A DNA stretch of 54,009 nucleotides from a virus (lineage: Duplodnaviria > Caudoviricetes). Below the pieces are notes generated by a model. The model had not been told where the DNA came from, made no database searches, and was given only the letters and a program-made list of their open reading frames with translations. The translations under genes were made by a program, and so were the position numbers. The number at the start of each line of letters is the position of its first letter. The stretch's first letter is position 1. This document shows positions 26,649 to 36,511 of this stretch, piece by piece. The stretch is from positions 1 through 54,009 of IMG/VR virus record IMGVR_UViG_3300018089_000003. One strand, written 5' to 3'.

Positions 26649-27958
26649 CAGGTGGGCTCCCCCACTCCCGGCTCGCGCTCCCCTGTCTCGGGCCCCGGCG
26701 CGGAGGGGGAGGGCCGCGAGGAGGGGGACTGAATGAGGGCGCGGGCCGCTCGAATCGCCTCCCATTCGTCCGGGGCGACCTCCACGACGCGCAGCTCGTG
26801 GTGCCCGTCGAAAATGGCCAGCACGCCGCCCAGCGCCTTCGTCAGCCGCTCGGCCTCGCGTGCAGCCTCCTCGTGGTCGCAGGGAGTGTTGACCTGCTCG
26901 CGTAGGGCATCCCGTTCCCGCTCGAGCGCGGCGGCCCTCGCCCTCCATCCCCCGGGCGCCTCGATCTCGGCCCGTACCTGGGACAGCTGGGTGCGGAGGT
27001 CGCCCACGGACTCGGCGAGGCTCTTGCCGGCGTGCCGGGGGGCGAACTCATCGAGCGCGAACGCTACGGCATCTCGCTGGGCCCGTAGGCGGGCGAGCTG
27101 CGCGGCCATCTCCCTGTGCTCCGGAGGGCAGACCGGGGTCAGCGGGCCCTGCGGCGCCTGGATGGTGTCGAGGTCGATGTGGCACTCGCACTGCGCGACC
27201 GGGCACTCATGCTCGACGCACCACAGCATCGGGGATGGCGCCTCCCCCTCCGCCGGCGTTCGGGGGGCGGGAGGGGCGGTGGGGCCGTGCTCATGCTCCT
27301 CCCGGAAGCGGCGAATCAGGTCGAGGGTCTTGGGCCAGCCCTCCGCGTCGTCCTCGGCCTGCTCTGCGTAGAGCACAACGTCGCCGCTCAGCGCCCCGCA
27401 CGCGCAGCGTAGGCGGATCGCATCGCCAGAGAGCCGCTCGATGCGATGGTGGGGACGCCTGATTGACAGCGCCCCCCGGATGCGGGTCAACCCAGGGCGC
27501 TGCTGTTGGGTCTCGGGCGGAGCAGGGGGAGGAGGGGGTGCGTCGTCAGCCAGCGCCTGGAGCTCTCCGAGTAGCTTGCGAGCCCGCGCCAGGGCCTGCG
27601 TCGTAACTCTGCCCGGGTTCGGTGCCTGCTCCGCGATCGGCAGGACCTCCCGCAGTGCCTCCTCGAGCTCCCGGACGCGGGTGGCCAGCGTTGCGACGTC
27701 CGCCGCCGCCTTGGCCTCCCCGGGCCACGCCTTGCCACCTGTGGCCGCGTCGTACATGTCGATCGCGGCAGCCCTCCATGATGCGTGCTCGGATCGGTGG
27801 TGAGACAGGTCCTCGACCAGCGAGGGCCCGGGGCCGTCCCTGGCCAGCAGCGCATCGGCGTCAGCGTCGGTGAGCCACGGGCAGACGAACAGCAGGGCTT
27901 CGCGGCGTCGCTGGCCCTTCTCCTCGCAGCCGGGGGGACAGCTCGGGTAGCAGGTCAT
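26648..27958 (-). CDS. Hypothetical multi-domain coiled-coil protein
   Basis: 436 aa, coupled with neighbours. Confidence 0.6.
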   Translation of the reverse strand: MTCYPSCPPGCEEKGQRRREALLFVCPWLTDADADALLARDGPGPSLVEDLSHHRSEHASWRAAAIDMYDAATGGKAWPGEAKAAADVATLATRVRELEEALREVLPIAEQAPNPGRVTTQALARARKLLGELQALADDAPPPPPAPPETQQQRPGLTRIRGALSIRRPHHRIERLSGDAIRLRCACGALSGDVVLYAEQAEDDAEGWPKTLDLIRRFREEHEHGPTAPPAPRTPAEGEAPSPMLWCVEHECPVAQCECHIDLDTIQAPQGPLTPVCPPEHREMAAQLARLRAQRDAVAFALDEFAPRHAGKSLAESVGDLRTQLSQVRAEIEAPGGWRARAAALERERDALREQVNTPCDHEEAAREAERLTKALGGVLAIFDGHHELRVVEVAPDEWEAIRAARALIQSPSSRPSPSAPGPETGEREPGVGEPT

Positions 27959-28599
27959 GGGGTGGCCTCCATGGCCGGTTCCTCGCCGCGCCTCTCCGCG
28001 ATCGCCGCCCGCAGATCGACAGCCCGCGAGTAGTCGGGCTGGTACGAGGTCGGGCCGTGCTTCTCTGCCCAGGCGTCAAGGAGCGCCTGAAGCTCCTTGG
28101 CTGCGCCCTCGCCCACGTCCCCGGCTGCGTCCTCGTAGGACTCCTGGCAGGCGCTCTCGATGAGGTCGTGAGCGTCGAAGGAAATCTTGGTCGGCGAGCA
28201 CGCCCAGGCATACTCGGGCGGCTCCTGCTCGCCGTCGATGGTGTCGAGCAGGTCATCGAGGTCGCCGAAGTAGCCGTCTCCGCCGGAACCGGAACCGTAC
28301 CCCTCGCAGTAGAGGTAATCGCCGTCGTAGTCGGCATAGGGGATCTTGGTCGCCTTCTCGTAGGCGGCCCGCTCCTTCTCGGCCTCCTTGGCGCGGGCGG
28401 CGGCGAAGCGCTTGTCACGGCAGGCGTCGCACTCGTAACGGTGCTTCGCCAGCTCCACGCCGCAGCCGCAGCGCTTGGGGCAGCAGGTCCCCGCTTCGGC
28501 CTCTGTGCGCGCGACGATCCCGCACGCGCCGCACGCCCAGGCGACCACCTCTTCCGGCTCGCGGCCCTTCACGATGAGCGCTAGTGGTTCTTTCGTCAC
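27955..28599 (-). CDS. Cys-rich hypothetical protein
   Basis: GTG start at 28599, several CxxC, acidic C-terminal half. Confidence 0.6.
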   Translation of the reverse strand: MTKEPLALIVKGREPEEVVAWACGACGIVARTEAEAGTCCPKRCGCGVELAKHRYECDACRDKRFAAARAKEAEKERAAYEKATKIPYADYDGDYLYCEGYGSGSGGDGYFGDLDDLLDTIDGEQEPPEYAWACSPTKISFDAHDLIESACQESYEDAAGDVGEGAAKELQALLDAWAEKHGPTSYQPDYSRAVDLRAAIAERRGEEPAMEATP

Positions 28600-28922
28600 G
28601 TCCCGCTCCCTCCCGCGCGAGCGGCGCGGGCCTCGGCGTACCTTGCGCGCCACTCGCCGATTGGAACGAACTCTTCTCCCGAGTCGCGAGGGTCCTCTGC
28701 GCGGCGCCACGCGATCCAGCCACCGCACTCGTCCGACAGGAGGCGAAGCCGAGCGATGTCGCCTGCGCCGATCTTCCCGGCGCCGTACTCGCGCGGCCCC
28801 TCGGCGAGAGCCTGCCACAGATCGAACTCCAGCCCGATGAGCCAGCCGGCGCACCAACAGTCCTCGCTGATCTCGCTCATGGCGTCGGCCAGATACTGCT
28901 GTTCCCTGGTCAGCTCTGTCAT
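28596..28922 (-). CDS. Hypothetical protein
   Basis: MSEISEDCWCAGW..GLEF.LW motif. Confidence 0.6.
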   Translation of the reverse strand: MTELTREQQYLADAMSEISEDCWCAGWLIGLEFDLWQALAEGPREYGAGKIGAGDIARLRLLSDECGGWIAWRRAEDPRDSGEEFVPIGEWRARYAEARAARAGGSGT

Positions 28923-29416
28923 TTCGTCACCGCTCCGACGGCGCGGGCCTCGAGGAGCTTGTCCAGCTTCCTCGCGCACGCCCGGGCCGCCTCGGGCATG
29001 TCGTTGGCCGCGCAGAACGCGCCCAGCTTTGTGAGCGTCTTCACTTGGATTTCCCCTCCCAGCTTCCCGTGCGCTGCCTCATGCTCTGACTCGCAGAGCA
29101 TCACAACGGTGTCGAGACGCTCGAGGAGGCGGCCCGCGACGTGGTGCAGGTGGAGCGGCCAGAGCTTCCCGTCCGGCTGGCCGCAGAGGACGCACTCGCC
29201 GTTGTCGACCTCCATGCGGTGCGCCCGGAGTTCCCGGCGTGCGGCGCTCTTGCTCCCCTTCGACTCGCGCCGTTCCTGCCCCCGCGTCTCCCCTCCACGG
29301 CCGGAGCCGCGAGGAGGGCGGCGCCGCCTCGGCAGCAGCAGCCGCTCCACCTTCTTGGCGATGGAGGAGGGTAGGCCCGGGACGTCTTTCAGGGCCTGCG
29401 CTTCGGTGCGTGTCAC
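28919..29416 (-). CDS. HNH-like protein
   Basis: CVLCG...LHLHHV...VMLCESEHEAAH. Confidence 0.55.
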   Translation of the reverse strand: MTRTEAQALKDVPGLPSSIAKKVERLLLPRRRRPPRGSGRGGETRGQERRESKGSKSAARRELRAHRMEVDNGECVLCGQPDGKLWPLHLHHVAGRLLERLDTVVMLCESEHEAAHGKLGGEIQVKTLTKLGAFCAANDMPEAARACARKLDKLLEARAVGAVTK

Positions 29417-30246
29417 AGCGCCCTCCCGTACCAGCCCTCGTTCGTGTGCACGCGAGGGTTCCAGTCGGCGTCTCGGGGGTCGCAGGTGTCCGGCGGATGG
29501 TTGTCGTCCGGGTCGATGACCTCGGCTGCGATGAGCTGCGGATCCTTGGCGCCGTTGCCCGTGAAGAGGTCGAGCGCATCGCCCAGCACCGTGTACGCCT
29601 TGAGCCCGTGGCGGCCTCGCCACATGCCGACGCGCCGAGCTTCGCGGACGGCGCGGAGCAGAGCCATCGTCCGCATGACGATTACTTCCTTGCTAGCGCG
29701 CGTCCACTCAGCGTCAGCGTCACGGAGAGCAATCAGGGCGCCGCGCCGCTCGGCCTGCTCCTCGTTGCCACAGAAGCGGCAGCGGTTGCCGAGGCCGTCC
29801 CGCTTGTTGTGGCTGTCCCGGAAGAACGATGCGAGTGGGCGGGCCCGGCTGCACCGGACGCAGCGCTTGCGGCCCTCCGGGAGCTGGTCGTGGACAGAGA
29901 CGATCGGATCGGCCTCGAGCCGCTCCGTGGTCGCCCGCATCGCCTCGCGTCCGGCGTCCGTGATCGAATAGGGGACGTGGAATCGCTCGCCCGTGCCGGC
30001 GACCACCCAGCCGGCGCGCGCCATGTGTCCCAGGAGCGTCCCGGCGGCGCGGTTGGCCATCCCACGGGCGTCCGTGTGGCCGCGGCCCGTCCCGTGTGCT
30101 CGGCCCTCGCCCTTGGCGTCCGGGTGAAGTAGGGCCCCGCCTTCTCGTGGGGTGACGGGGCCTACCTCCACCATGTGGCGGAGGAGAATCAGGCCCTTGG
30201 GTCCAAGCTTTGGCTTCACGGGTCGATCTCCGTTGGCATCATCCAA
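29413..30246 (-). CDS. Hypothetical protein with wHTH-like and Zn-binding segments
   Basis: KRCVRC...F.RD....DGL...CRFC; true start may be GTG 30219. Confidence 0.55.
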   Translation of the reverse strand: MDDANGDRPVKPKLGPKGLILLRHMVEVGPVTPREGGALLHPDAKGEGRAHGTGRGHTDARGMANRAAGTLLGHMARAGWVVAGTGERFHVPYSITDAGREAMRATTERLEADPIVSVHDQLPEGRKRCVRCSRARPLASFFRDSHNKRDGLGNRCRFCGNEEQAERRGALIALRDADAEWTRASKEVIVMRTMALLRAVREARRVGMWRGRHGLKAYTVLGDALDLFTGNGAKDPQLIAAEVIDPDDNHPPDTCDPRDADWNPRVHTNEGWYGRAL

Positions 30247-30370
30247 ATGTCTTCACCGTCCTCAGCATCAGCCATCCCGCCGGTAACTAGCCACCAGGGA
30301 TGGTCCTCCTCTCCCCGCCCCGCCTCGCACAGAGGGGGATGCTGCGCGGGCGGAGCAGGGGAGGCCATAA

Positions 30371-31363
30371 TCAAAACGGCACGTCGGCCGGAGCGGTGTC
30401 GGCGCCCGCCTCTGGCGGCTCGTCTGCCGGAGGCGGTGGCCACAGGATGTTCTCTACGCGCTGGATGTCATCTGCCGTCCACTGGCTAGAGGGCTTCGGG
30501 CCATCCTCGCCGACGATGGATGCGCCTGCGGACTTCCACATGCCAGCTGCCTGCTCCCCCTTCTCCGCCTTGAGGCGAACCCAGGCTTCGCGCACACGGT
30601 CGGCGGCGATCGTCAGGGTGCGCGGCGGTGTTGGCGTCTTCGGAGCCTCTGGTTTCGCCGGCTCGGCGCCGTCAGATAGCCATCCGAGCAGCACATGGGC
30701 GAGGTCCGCCCCGGGCTTCGGGATCACTTTGCCCGAGAGCGCTGGGCAGCGTGTCTTGGTGACGATAAAGTTACTCTCGGCATCAAGGTCCCCTACCACG
30801 TCGAACTCGTATTCCATGCCGTCGCGCTGCACCGGGGCCATGCCAACCTTGCGAGGCATCTTCTTGCCGCGCTGGTCCTCCTCGAGAACGTACTCTGTCT
30901 TCGTCCGCATGGTGGCGATGACGTGGCACTTGCAGGCCAGGATCGCTTCGATCAGCGCGTTGTGTTTCGGGGTCGCGTCGCGCCAGCCGGAGGAGAAGGC
31001 GTTACCGGACCTGCTCGCCTTGGTGCGCTGGTCGACGAACTCCAGGATCCCGTCCTTGCCGCTCCATGCGTGTGACAGCGAGTCGATCACCAGCACGTCG
31101 TACCCAGCAGCCTCCGCTGCGTGAATCGCCTCGATGTAGAGGTCGGCGGAGAAGCTGTCCGGCTCGATGCTGTCGAACATGAAACGGTCAGCGTACTTGC
31201 TGGCGCTGCCGTGCTCGGTGTCGATGACGGCGATTCGCTGGCCGAGCGCAGAAGCCACAGCGAGCGAGGAATACGTCTTGCCCGAGCCGGCGGGCCCCAT
31301 GAACGCAGCGCGAAGCTTCGCTTTCTTCTTGGTCGCCTTCTGGAACGCGAGAGCCATGGTCAA
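30371..31363 (-). CDS. AAA ATPase, Sak4-like recombinase
   Basis: GPAGSGKT Walker A, VIDTE.GS, VLVIDSLSH Walker B, EYEFD. Confidence 0.85.
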   Translation of the reverse strand: MTMALAFQKATKKKAKLRAAFMGPAGSGKTYSSLAVASALGQRIAVIDTEHGSASKYADRFMFDSIEPDSFSADLYIEAIHAAEAAGYDVLVIDSLSHAWSGKDGILEFVDQRTKASRSGNAFSSGWRDATPKHNALIEAILACKCHVIATMRTKTEYVLEEDQRGKKMPRKVGMAPVQRDGMEYEFDVVGDLDAESNFIVTKTRCPALSGKVIPKPGADLAHVLLGWLSDGAEPAKPEAPKTPTPPRTLTIAADRVREAWVRLKAEKGEQAAGMWKSAGASIVGEDGPKPSSQWTADDIQRVENILWPPPPADEPPEAGADTAPADVPF

Positions 31364-31938
31364 TTCTCCGATGGCACAAGCGCCGTGCCGGTGGCTTTGA
31401 GGAAGGGCTCATCGGATGGCGCGACAGCCTCCATCCCCGGGGGCACGAGTCCTGCCCCCTCCGCGTATTCCTTGATCGCCTTCACGTTTGGCTCGTGCTT
31501 CACGCGCACCAGGTCGAGCTCCACCGGCTGGGCGCGGGCCCACTCGAGGAGCGCCCCGGGGTCGATGACCGCCAGGCCGCCGGTCTTCTGTCGCCAGCCG
31601 ATGACGCCCGAAGGAATGGCGCGGCTCTTCTTCTTGGACCGCTCTCCTAGGATGTCCTTCCGATGCGTCTCCATGTAGGCGATGACCAGGGAGCGGAGCA
31701 TCTCGGTTTCCCGATCCTCTCTGGCGTCCTGGTCCTCAAGCCAGCCGTCGACACGCTTCTTGGCCGCGGCCGCAAGCGCTGCGTTCTGGAGCTTGCGCGC
31801 CTCGCTCTCAGCAATGACCGACAGCGCCCAGTCCGCCTTGGTGAGGGAGTCGATCTGGAATGCCGGCTTTTCAGGCGCTGGGGCCTCGATTAGATCCTGT
31901 GCTTTCTCCGCTGTCGCTACTAGCTGATTCACGTCCAT
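31360..31938 (-). CDS. Gam-like host-nuclease inhibitor
   Basis: F.IDSL.KADWAL, coiled coil, KKS..IPSG.IGWR. Confidence 0.7.
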   Translation of the reverse strand: MDVNQLVATAEKAQDLIEAPAPEKPAFQIDSLTKADWALSVIAESEARKLQNAALAAAAKKRVDGWLEDQDAREDRETEMLRSLVIAYMETHRKDILGERSKKKSRAIPSGVIGWRQKTGGLAVIDPGALLEWARAQPVELDLVRVKHEPNVKAIKEYAEGAGLVPPGMEAVAPSDEPFLKATGTALVPSEN

Positions 31939-32154
31939 GTGCTTCCCCCTTACGTCACAAACTCGGCCGGGCAGTTCGATAGAACCGGGCGTCCCGGCCG
32001 CCCGCTTCGCCGGCTCATTCCGGCTAGCGGGAAAGATTTGCCAGCTTGCGCGCCCAGGCGCTGGCGGACCTGATTCCTGGGGCCGAGCCACACATCTCGG
32101 CCCCGCGCTGCCGCCTCGTCCCGCCACGGACCGCCCGTGACGGAGGCGGGTGCT

Positions 32155-32565
32155 CTAGCCCTCCGTGGCGCGTGCGATGGCGGCGCGGATCGTGGCTAGC
32201 GCGCAGTCAGTGCCCGCTACGTACTCATCGCGGTTCACGAGCAGAGGGATGAGCGTCTCGGCCTTGCGCAGCGCCTCGAGCATCTCCTTCATCACGTCCA
32301 GTCGCCGCGCCACGCGCTCAGGCGTCCCGAACAACGGGCCCTCTGGCGTCTTGCCGTTGAGCAGGTCGCCGATGGCGCTGATCTGGTCCTCATCGAACGT
32401 GTCGGGCGGCGGGTAGAGCGGCACGTCGTCCTGAACGATGATCACGGAGCGCCCGCAGCACGCGCAGCAGCCGTCCTCGTCCGACGCGATGCCGAGGCCG
32501 CACTCGAGGCAATCGAAGCGGTCCTTCGGCGGGCGCTTGCTGGTCGTCTCGCTGGCCATGCTCAC
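32155..32565 (-). CDS. Hypothetical protein
   Basis: 136 aa, CxxC motifs, C-terminal 'EMLEAL...RAAIARA' phage motif. Confidence 0.55.
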   Translation of the reverse strand: MSMASETTSKRPPKDRFDCLECGLGIASDEDGCCACCGRSVIIVQDDVPLYPPPDTFDEDQISAIGDLLNGKTPEGPLFGTPERVARRLDVMKEMLEALRKAETLIPLLVNRDEYVAGTDCALATIRAAIARATEG

Positions 32566-32897
32566 CCCTCCGTCCGCGCGTCGGCTGGCTGCTCGACGAC
32601 CACAGTGGCGGGGCGCAGGCCCACCAGCGTCTCGATCGCGGCGCGATCCTCTGGGGTCTCCAGCTCGTAGATGCGGCCGGTGAGCCGGTACTCCTCAGCC
32701 CGCATCTCCAGGTAGAGGCTGTGGCCGCCGTCGAGGTCCCCGGCGATCATGCGATCGAACCGCGCCGTTGCCGGCCGACCCTCGATCTCGGCGATGCGGG
32801 CCTTGACGCGCGAGAGCGATTGGCGAAGCCCGCGCTCCATCTTCTGCAGCCCTTCCAGCTCCATCTTCTCCGCGTCCGTCATGGTCAGTCCTCGCAA
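32562..32897 (-). CDS. Hypothetical coiled-coil protein
   Basis: Coupled ORF in early left operon. Confidence 0.5.
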   Translation of the reverse strand: MRGLTMTDAEKMELEGLQKMERGLRQSLSRVKARIAEIEGRPATARFDRMIAGDLDGGHSLYLEMRAEEYRLTGRIYELETPEDRAAIETLVGLRPATVVVEQPADARTEG

Positions 32898-33190
32898 TCC
32901 GGGCTGTCATCCGCGCCCGCGGCGTGCAGCAGCTCGTCCTCATTGATGAGGCAGTCCAGCTCTTCTCTTCGGAGAAGTTTGACCTTTCCCGTCTTCCGGT
33001 CCTTCTGCTCCAAGTACACCTCCGCCCAGTCGATCGAGGGCGGCCAGCCGGGTGTACCGCCGCAGTCGAAGGTGCGCGGGCGCTCCTTCTCGCCAGGGTC
33101 GACCTGGAAGCGGATCAGGTACTCGACCGTTCCCACGCCTCCGCTACAGGCCTCGATCTCCAGGGTATGCTCGTGGATCTGCTCGCTCAT
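32885..33190 (-). CDS. Hypothetical protein
   Basis: 101 aa, GGAGG RBS. Confidence 0.55.
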   Translation of the reverse strand: MSEQIHEHTLEIEACSGGVGTVEYLIRFQVDPGEKERPRTFDCGGTPGWPPSIDWAEVYLEQKDRKTGKVKLLRREELDCLINEDELLHAAGADDSPDCED

Positions 33191-33433
33191 ACGTCCTCCG
33201 TACCTTCCTCAGCATCCTCGCCACCGAACACACAGCCCTCGCACTCCCCGTCTTCCGCGGCCTCGCACTCGGCGCAGGGGTCGGTCATCTCTCCTCCGAC
33301 GTTCTCTCGACCGCCGCGCCCACCAGCCGCGCCCGCAGGTCGACCTCGAGCGGCCGGAGGTCCACGGGGCCCGGCGAGGCTGCGGGAGCCAGGAGGGCGG
33401 CGAGCAGGATGACGGCGAGGCAGAGGGCGAGGG

Positions 33434-33784
33434 TCACGGTTTGCCTTTCGCTGCCTCGGCGAGCATCGCGTCGGCGATCTGATAGGCGCACCCTGCGATA
33501 CCCTTCGACCCGTCCGGCTCGCCCCACATCTCACGAATGACGGCCGGGAGCGCCATCGCGGCCAGGCGGTCGCGCTGGCGGAGAGGATGCTCGCCGCAGG
33601 ACTCGCAACTGGACGTGAGCGGCTGCGCGAAGGTGTCGGCCACCGCCGCCCACTGCGGCGGCAGCCTCTGACATAGACCCTGCTCGCGCTGCGACGGTGC
33701 GGCCCAGAACGGGCAGTTAGAGCACGTAGCATCCATTACGCCCGTGCTCCTTCCCGGGCCCTGTTCCACCTGACGATCTCCCAC
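33434..33784 (-). CDS. Cys-rich hypothetical protein
   Basis: CSNC..W...C.R.PP...CGEH and RD.LA..A...AY.IADAML phage motifs. Confidence 0.55.
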   Translation of the reverse strand: MGDRQVEQGPGRSTGVMDATCSNCPFWAAPSQREQGLCQRLPPQWAAVADTFAQPLTSSCESCGEHPLRQRDRLAAMALPAVIREMWGEPDGSKGIAGCAYQIADAMLAEAAKGKP

Positions 33785-34351
33785 GCCTGCTCGTCCAGGT
33801 GCGCGTTGCGGACCGGGCCCATCAGCACCACGGCGGCGTGCTTGGCGGCGCAGCTCACGCAGGTGATCCGGTCCTCGAGCACGGCGGCGTTGTGAACCGT
33901 GAGGCGAGTCTTACAACCGGGGCACCGGTCCTTCGGGGAGAGCATCACCCGACCTCCACGCCGGCGGCGGGTGTGATTGCCTCGACGCACCGCCACTCGA
34001 AGGTGAAGTACGGCCCGGTGTAGATGTCGGCCAGGCGGCGCCCGGCGGCCTCACATGCCTCGGCGCTCTTCCAGTCGGGCAGATTGACTGTGCTCTGCCT
34101 CGACGCCTCGCGCCCGAGAGGCAGCGCGGTGATGAGCGCCACAAGAATCCATGTCATCGTCCTCTCCTCTCTCCGTCGCCCCGGCGGCTCAGGCGGGGGC
34201 GGGTGTCGTCTCGTGCCTCGCTTCACCGCGGCACCGGGCCTCCGAAGGAGAAGTGGCGTCCTTGTGCCACCCCGGTCCCGCCGTGCTGCGAGGCGTCTAC
34301 GGGACGTATACTGGCACTCATGCCTGTCAACGTCAAGTAGACGGTGGGGGC

Positions 34352-34380
34352 AAAATAAAGGCCCCGCGTGACGGGGCCTT
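34352..34380 (-). terminator. Rho-independent terminator after repressor operon
   Basis: AAGGCCCCG-TCACG-CGGGGCCTT followed by TATTTT on minus strand. Confidence 0.65.
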
Positions 34381-34664
34381 GGGCGGCCGGCTGCTTATCG
34401 AAGGAAGGATGTCAGCTCATCCCGTAGCGTTTCCAGGCGGCGCCGGGTCACTTCTTCCCGGTCGGGGCCACGCAGGCCGAGCTCGGCGAGATCAAGCAGG
34501 GCCCGGGCGCGGGCGATGAGGCGCGTTGCCTTCTGAGGTGAGAGGCGGCGAACCGGCCTTAACCGCTGGACGGTCGCCTGGGGGCCCGCCATGAGGGCGC
34601 CACAAATAGTGCGGGGGCCGTGCGGGGCGCACGTCCCTGGAGGGGCGGCGATGCGTCTGCGGGC

Positions 34665-34940
34665 TCACTCCCGCTTGTTGAGGTAGGCTTCCCAGGCGAG
34701 CCCCTCGTCCCAGGGGACGACAGGCCAGCCCTTCGGCGCGTGGAACTCGGCGGCCAGCTGCCCGACCTCTTCCCAGCGGAACGGCCTCACTCCATCCGTC
34801 TTCGAGTACCAATGGGTGCGGCTGGACAGGCCGATCCGACTCGCGATCTTCTCGACGGGGATCCCTAGGCGGACCCGCGCGGCCTCGACCTCCTTGCCGA
34901 TAGAGACGGCGTCGAACCGCGGCTCCAACTTCCTCGACAT
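34665..34940 (-). CDS. Putative immunity repressor (HTH, no peptidase domain)
   Basis: 91 aa HTH (ARVRLGIPVEKIASRIGLS), divergent from cro-like gene. Confidence 0.6.
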   Translation of the reverse strand: MSRKLEPRFDAVSIGKEVEAARVRLGIPVEKIASRIGLSSRTHWYSKTDGVRPFRWEEVGQLAAEFHAPKGWPVVPWDEGLAWEAYLNKRE

Positions 34941-34991
34941 GGGTCCATGGTAGCCGTCGCCTCCTGTTTCCGGGCGTTTGCCAGCGTCCAC

Positions 34992-35028
34992 TTGCTGTAG
35001 ACAGGCAAGGGGTCTACACTGCGTAGAC
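34992..35028 (+). promoter_or_regulatory. PR-like promoter with operator palindrome
   Basis: TTGCTG-N17-TACACT; GTCTAC-N5-GTAGAC palindrome over the -10; extra GTAGAC at 34997. Confidence 0.65.
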
Positions 35029-35031
35029 GGC

Positions 35032-35265
35032 ATGGCGAACTCGGTGACAGTGGAGCAGGCGATCGGGCGACGCATTCGCTCGCTGCGCGAAGGGCGAGGC
35101 TGGTCTCTGGAGCGCCTCGGCCTGAGCGTGGGCCTCAGCAAGCAGGGCATCTGCCGGATCGAGCGCGGCGAGGTCGGTTCGTCCCCATCGACCTACGAAC
35201 AGATCGCCAGGACGCTCGGCGTCACGCTCCGGGACCTCATCCCCGCTCGCCGAAGGGTGGCCTGA
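35032..35265 (+). CDS. Cro-like XRE HTH regulator
   Basis: IGRRIRSLREGRGWSLERLG..VGLSKQGICRIERG. Confidence 0.8.
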   Translation: MANSVTVEQAIGRRIRSLREGRGWSLERLGLSVGLSKQGICRIERGEVGSSPSTYEQIARTLGVTLRDLIPARRRVA

Positions 35266-35490
35266 CCAACCCATGTGCTCCCCTCGCTCCATCGCTCCTG
35301 ATGATGCGGCCACTGGGTCAGTCATGACCAGCCGCGTCGGAGTCATGGACGCACGAGCAGTGACCCTCCGCGGTACCTCGGTCGGCTGCTCGCCGCTCAC
35401 CCGATAGGACTTTGTGACCGTGTGCTCTCTCACGCGCAGAAGCCTGCCCCCGACCGAGCTTGCAAGCGAATGCACGCCCGTTGACAGTGA

Positions 35491-35910
35491 TTGACAGCCA
35501 TGACCCAACCACCCGTCAATACCGAGCAAATGCCCCTCGCGGTCGACTATCGCGCGACTATCGAGGCTGCCGGCCTAAAGCTCTTGCAAGTAGTCGCGGA
35601 GGCGGTCGGGGCAAGCGGGAAACAGGGCGACGATTTCGCTGCGGACCTCGGGGTTGACCCCGGCCAGCTCTCCCGAGCTCTCGCTGGCCGCGGCACGCAC
35701 TTCGCCGTGAAGTGGTTGCCGGCGGTCGTGTGGCGGGACCGGTCCCGGATCCTCATCCGGCACCTGTGCGCGCTCGCGGGCGGGACGTTCGTCGAGGTCC
35801 CGAAGCTCACCCCCGAACAGCGGCTGGAGATGCTGGAGAAGACGCTGCGCGAGTCGGGGCCCTTCGGCGAGGCGGTGCTCAAGGCGGCGTATGGGGAGGA
35901 GCGGCCGTGA
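35491..35910 (+). CDS. CII-like HTH regulator
   Basis: FAADLGVDPGQLSRAL HTH; position after cro. Confidence 0.55.
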   Translation: MTAMTQPPVNTEQMPLAVDYRATIEAAGLKLLQVVAEAVGASGKQGDDFAADLGVDPGQLSRALAGRGTHFAVKWLPAVVWRDRSRILIRHLCALAGGTFVEVPKLTPEQRLEMLEKTLRESGPFGEAVLKAAYGEERP

Positions 35911-35959
35911 GCACCCGCCAGCCAGCCCAGGCCGCCGTCGAGAAGGCGAGGTGAGGGCG

Positions 35960-36511
35960 ATGGCCCACGTCATGATCGACCTCGAGACGATGGCGCTCAC
36001 CGTCGATGCGGCGGTGGTCCAGATCGGCGCGGTCGTATTCGATCCTGAGAGCGGCCAGCTGGGCAGCGAACTGAGCCTGCATGTCCAACTCGACCAGGGA
36101 CGGCGGATCGACGCCGACACGGTCCTGTGGTGGATGCGGCAGGAGGGCGCTCGGACGGCGCTCCTGGCGGGGCAGGCCGAAGCCAAGCCGCTGCCGCAGG
36201 CGCTGCTCGGCTTCGACTTCTGGCTCCAGACTCGCACGCCGCTGACCGTCTGGAGCCATGGCGCGACCTTCGACCTTCCCATCCTGGAGCACTGCTACCG
36301 AGGCCAGCAGCTACGGGTGCCGTGGGGCTACCGCGCCGCGCGGGACACGCGAACCGTGTTCGACCTCGCGGGCGTGTCGGCAGATGGCGCCGTCGATGCG
36401 CTGGTCGGGCCGCTCGTCGAGGGCGAATTGAAGCATGACGCGCTGGTCGACGCCCGGCGGCAGGCCCGCGCGGTCTGCGAGGCGGTCAGGCGGATTCGGA
36501 GGTCCGCATGA
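35960..36511 (+). CDS. DEDD 3'-5' exonuclease
   Basis: HVMIDLET, IGAV.FD, WSHGATFD, RDTRT, HDALVDA. Confidence 0.85.
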   Translation: MAHVMIDLETMALTVDAAVVQIGAVVFDPESGQLGSELSLHVQLDQGRRIDADTVLWWMRQEGARTALLAGQAEAKPLPQALLGFDFWLQTRTPLTVWSHGATFDLPILEHCYRGQQLRVPWGYRAARDTRTVFDLAGVSADGAVDALVGPLVEGELKHDALVDARRQARAVCEAVRRIRRSA

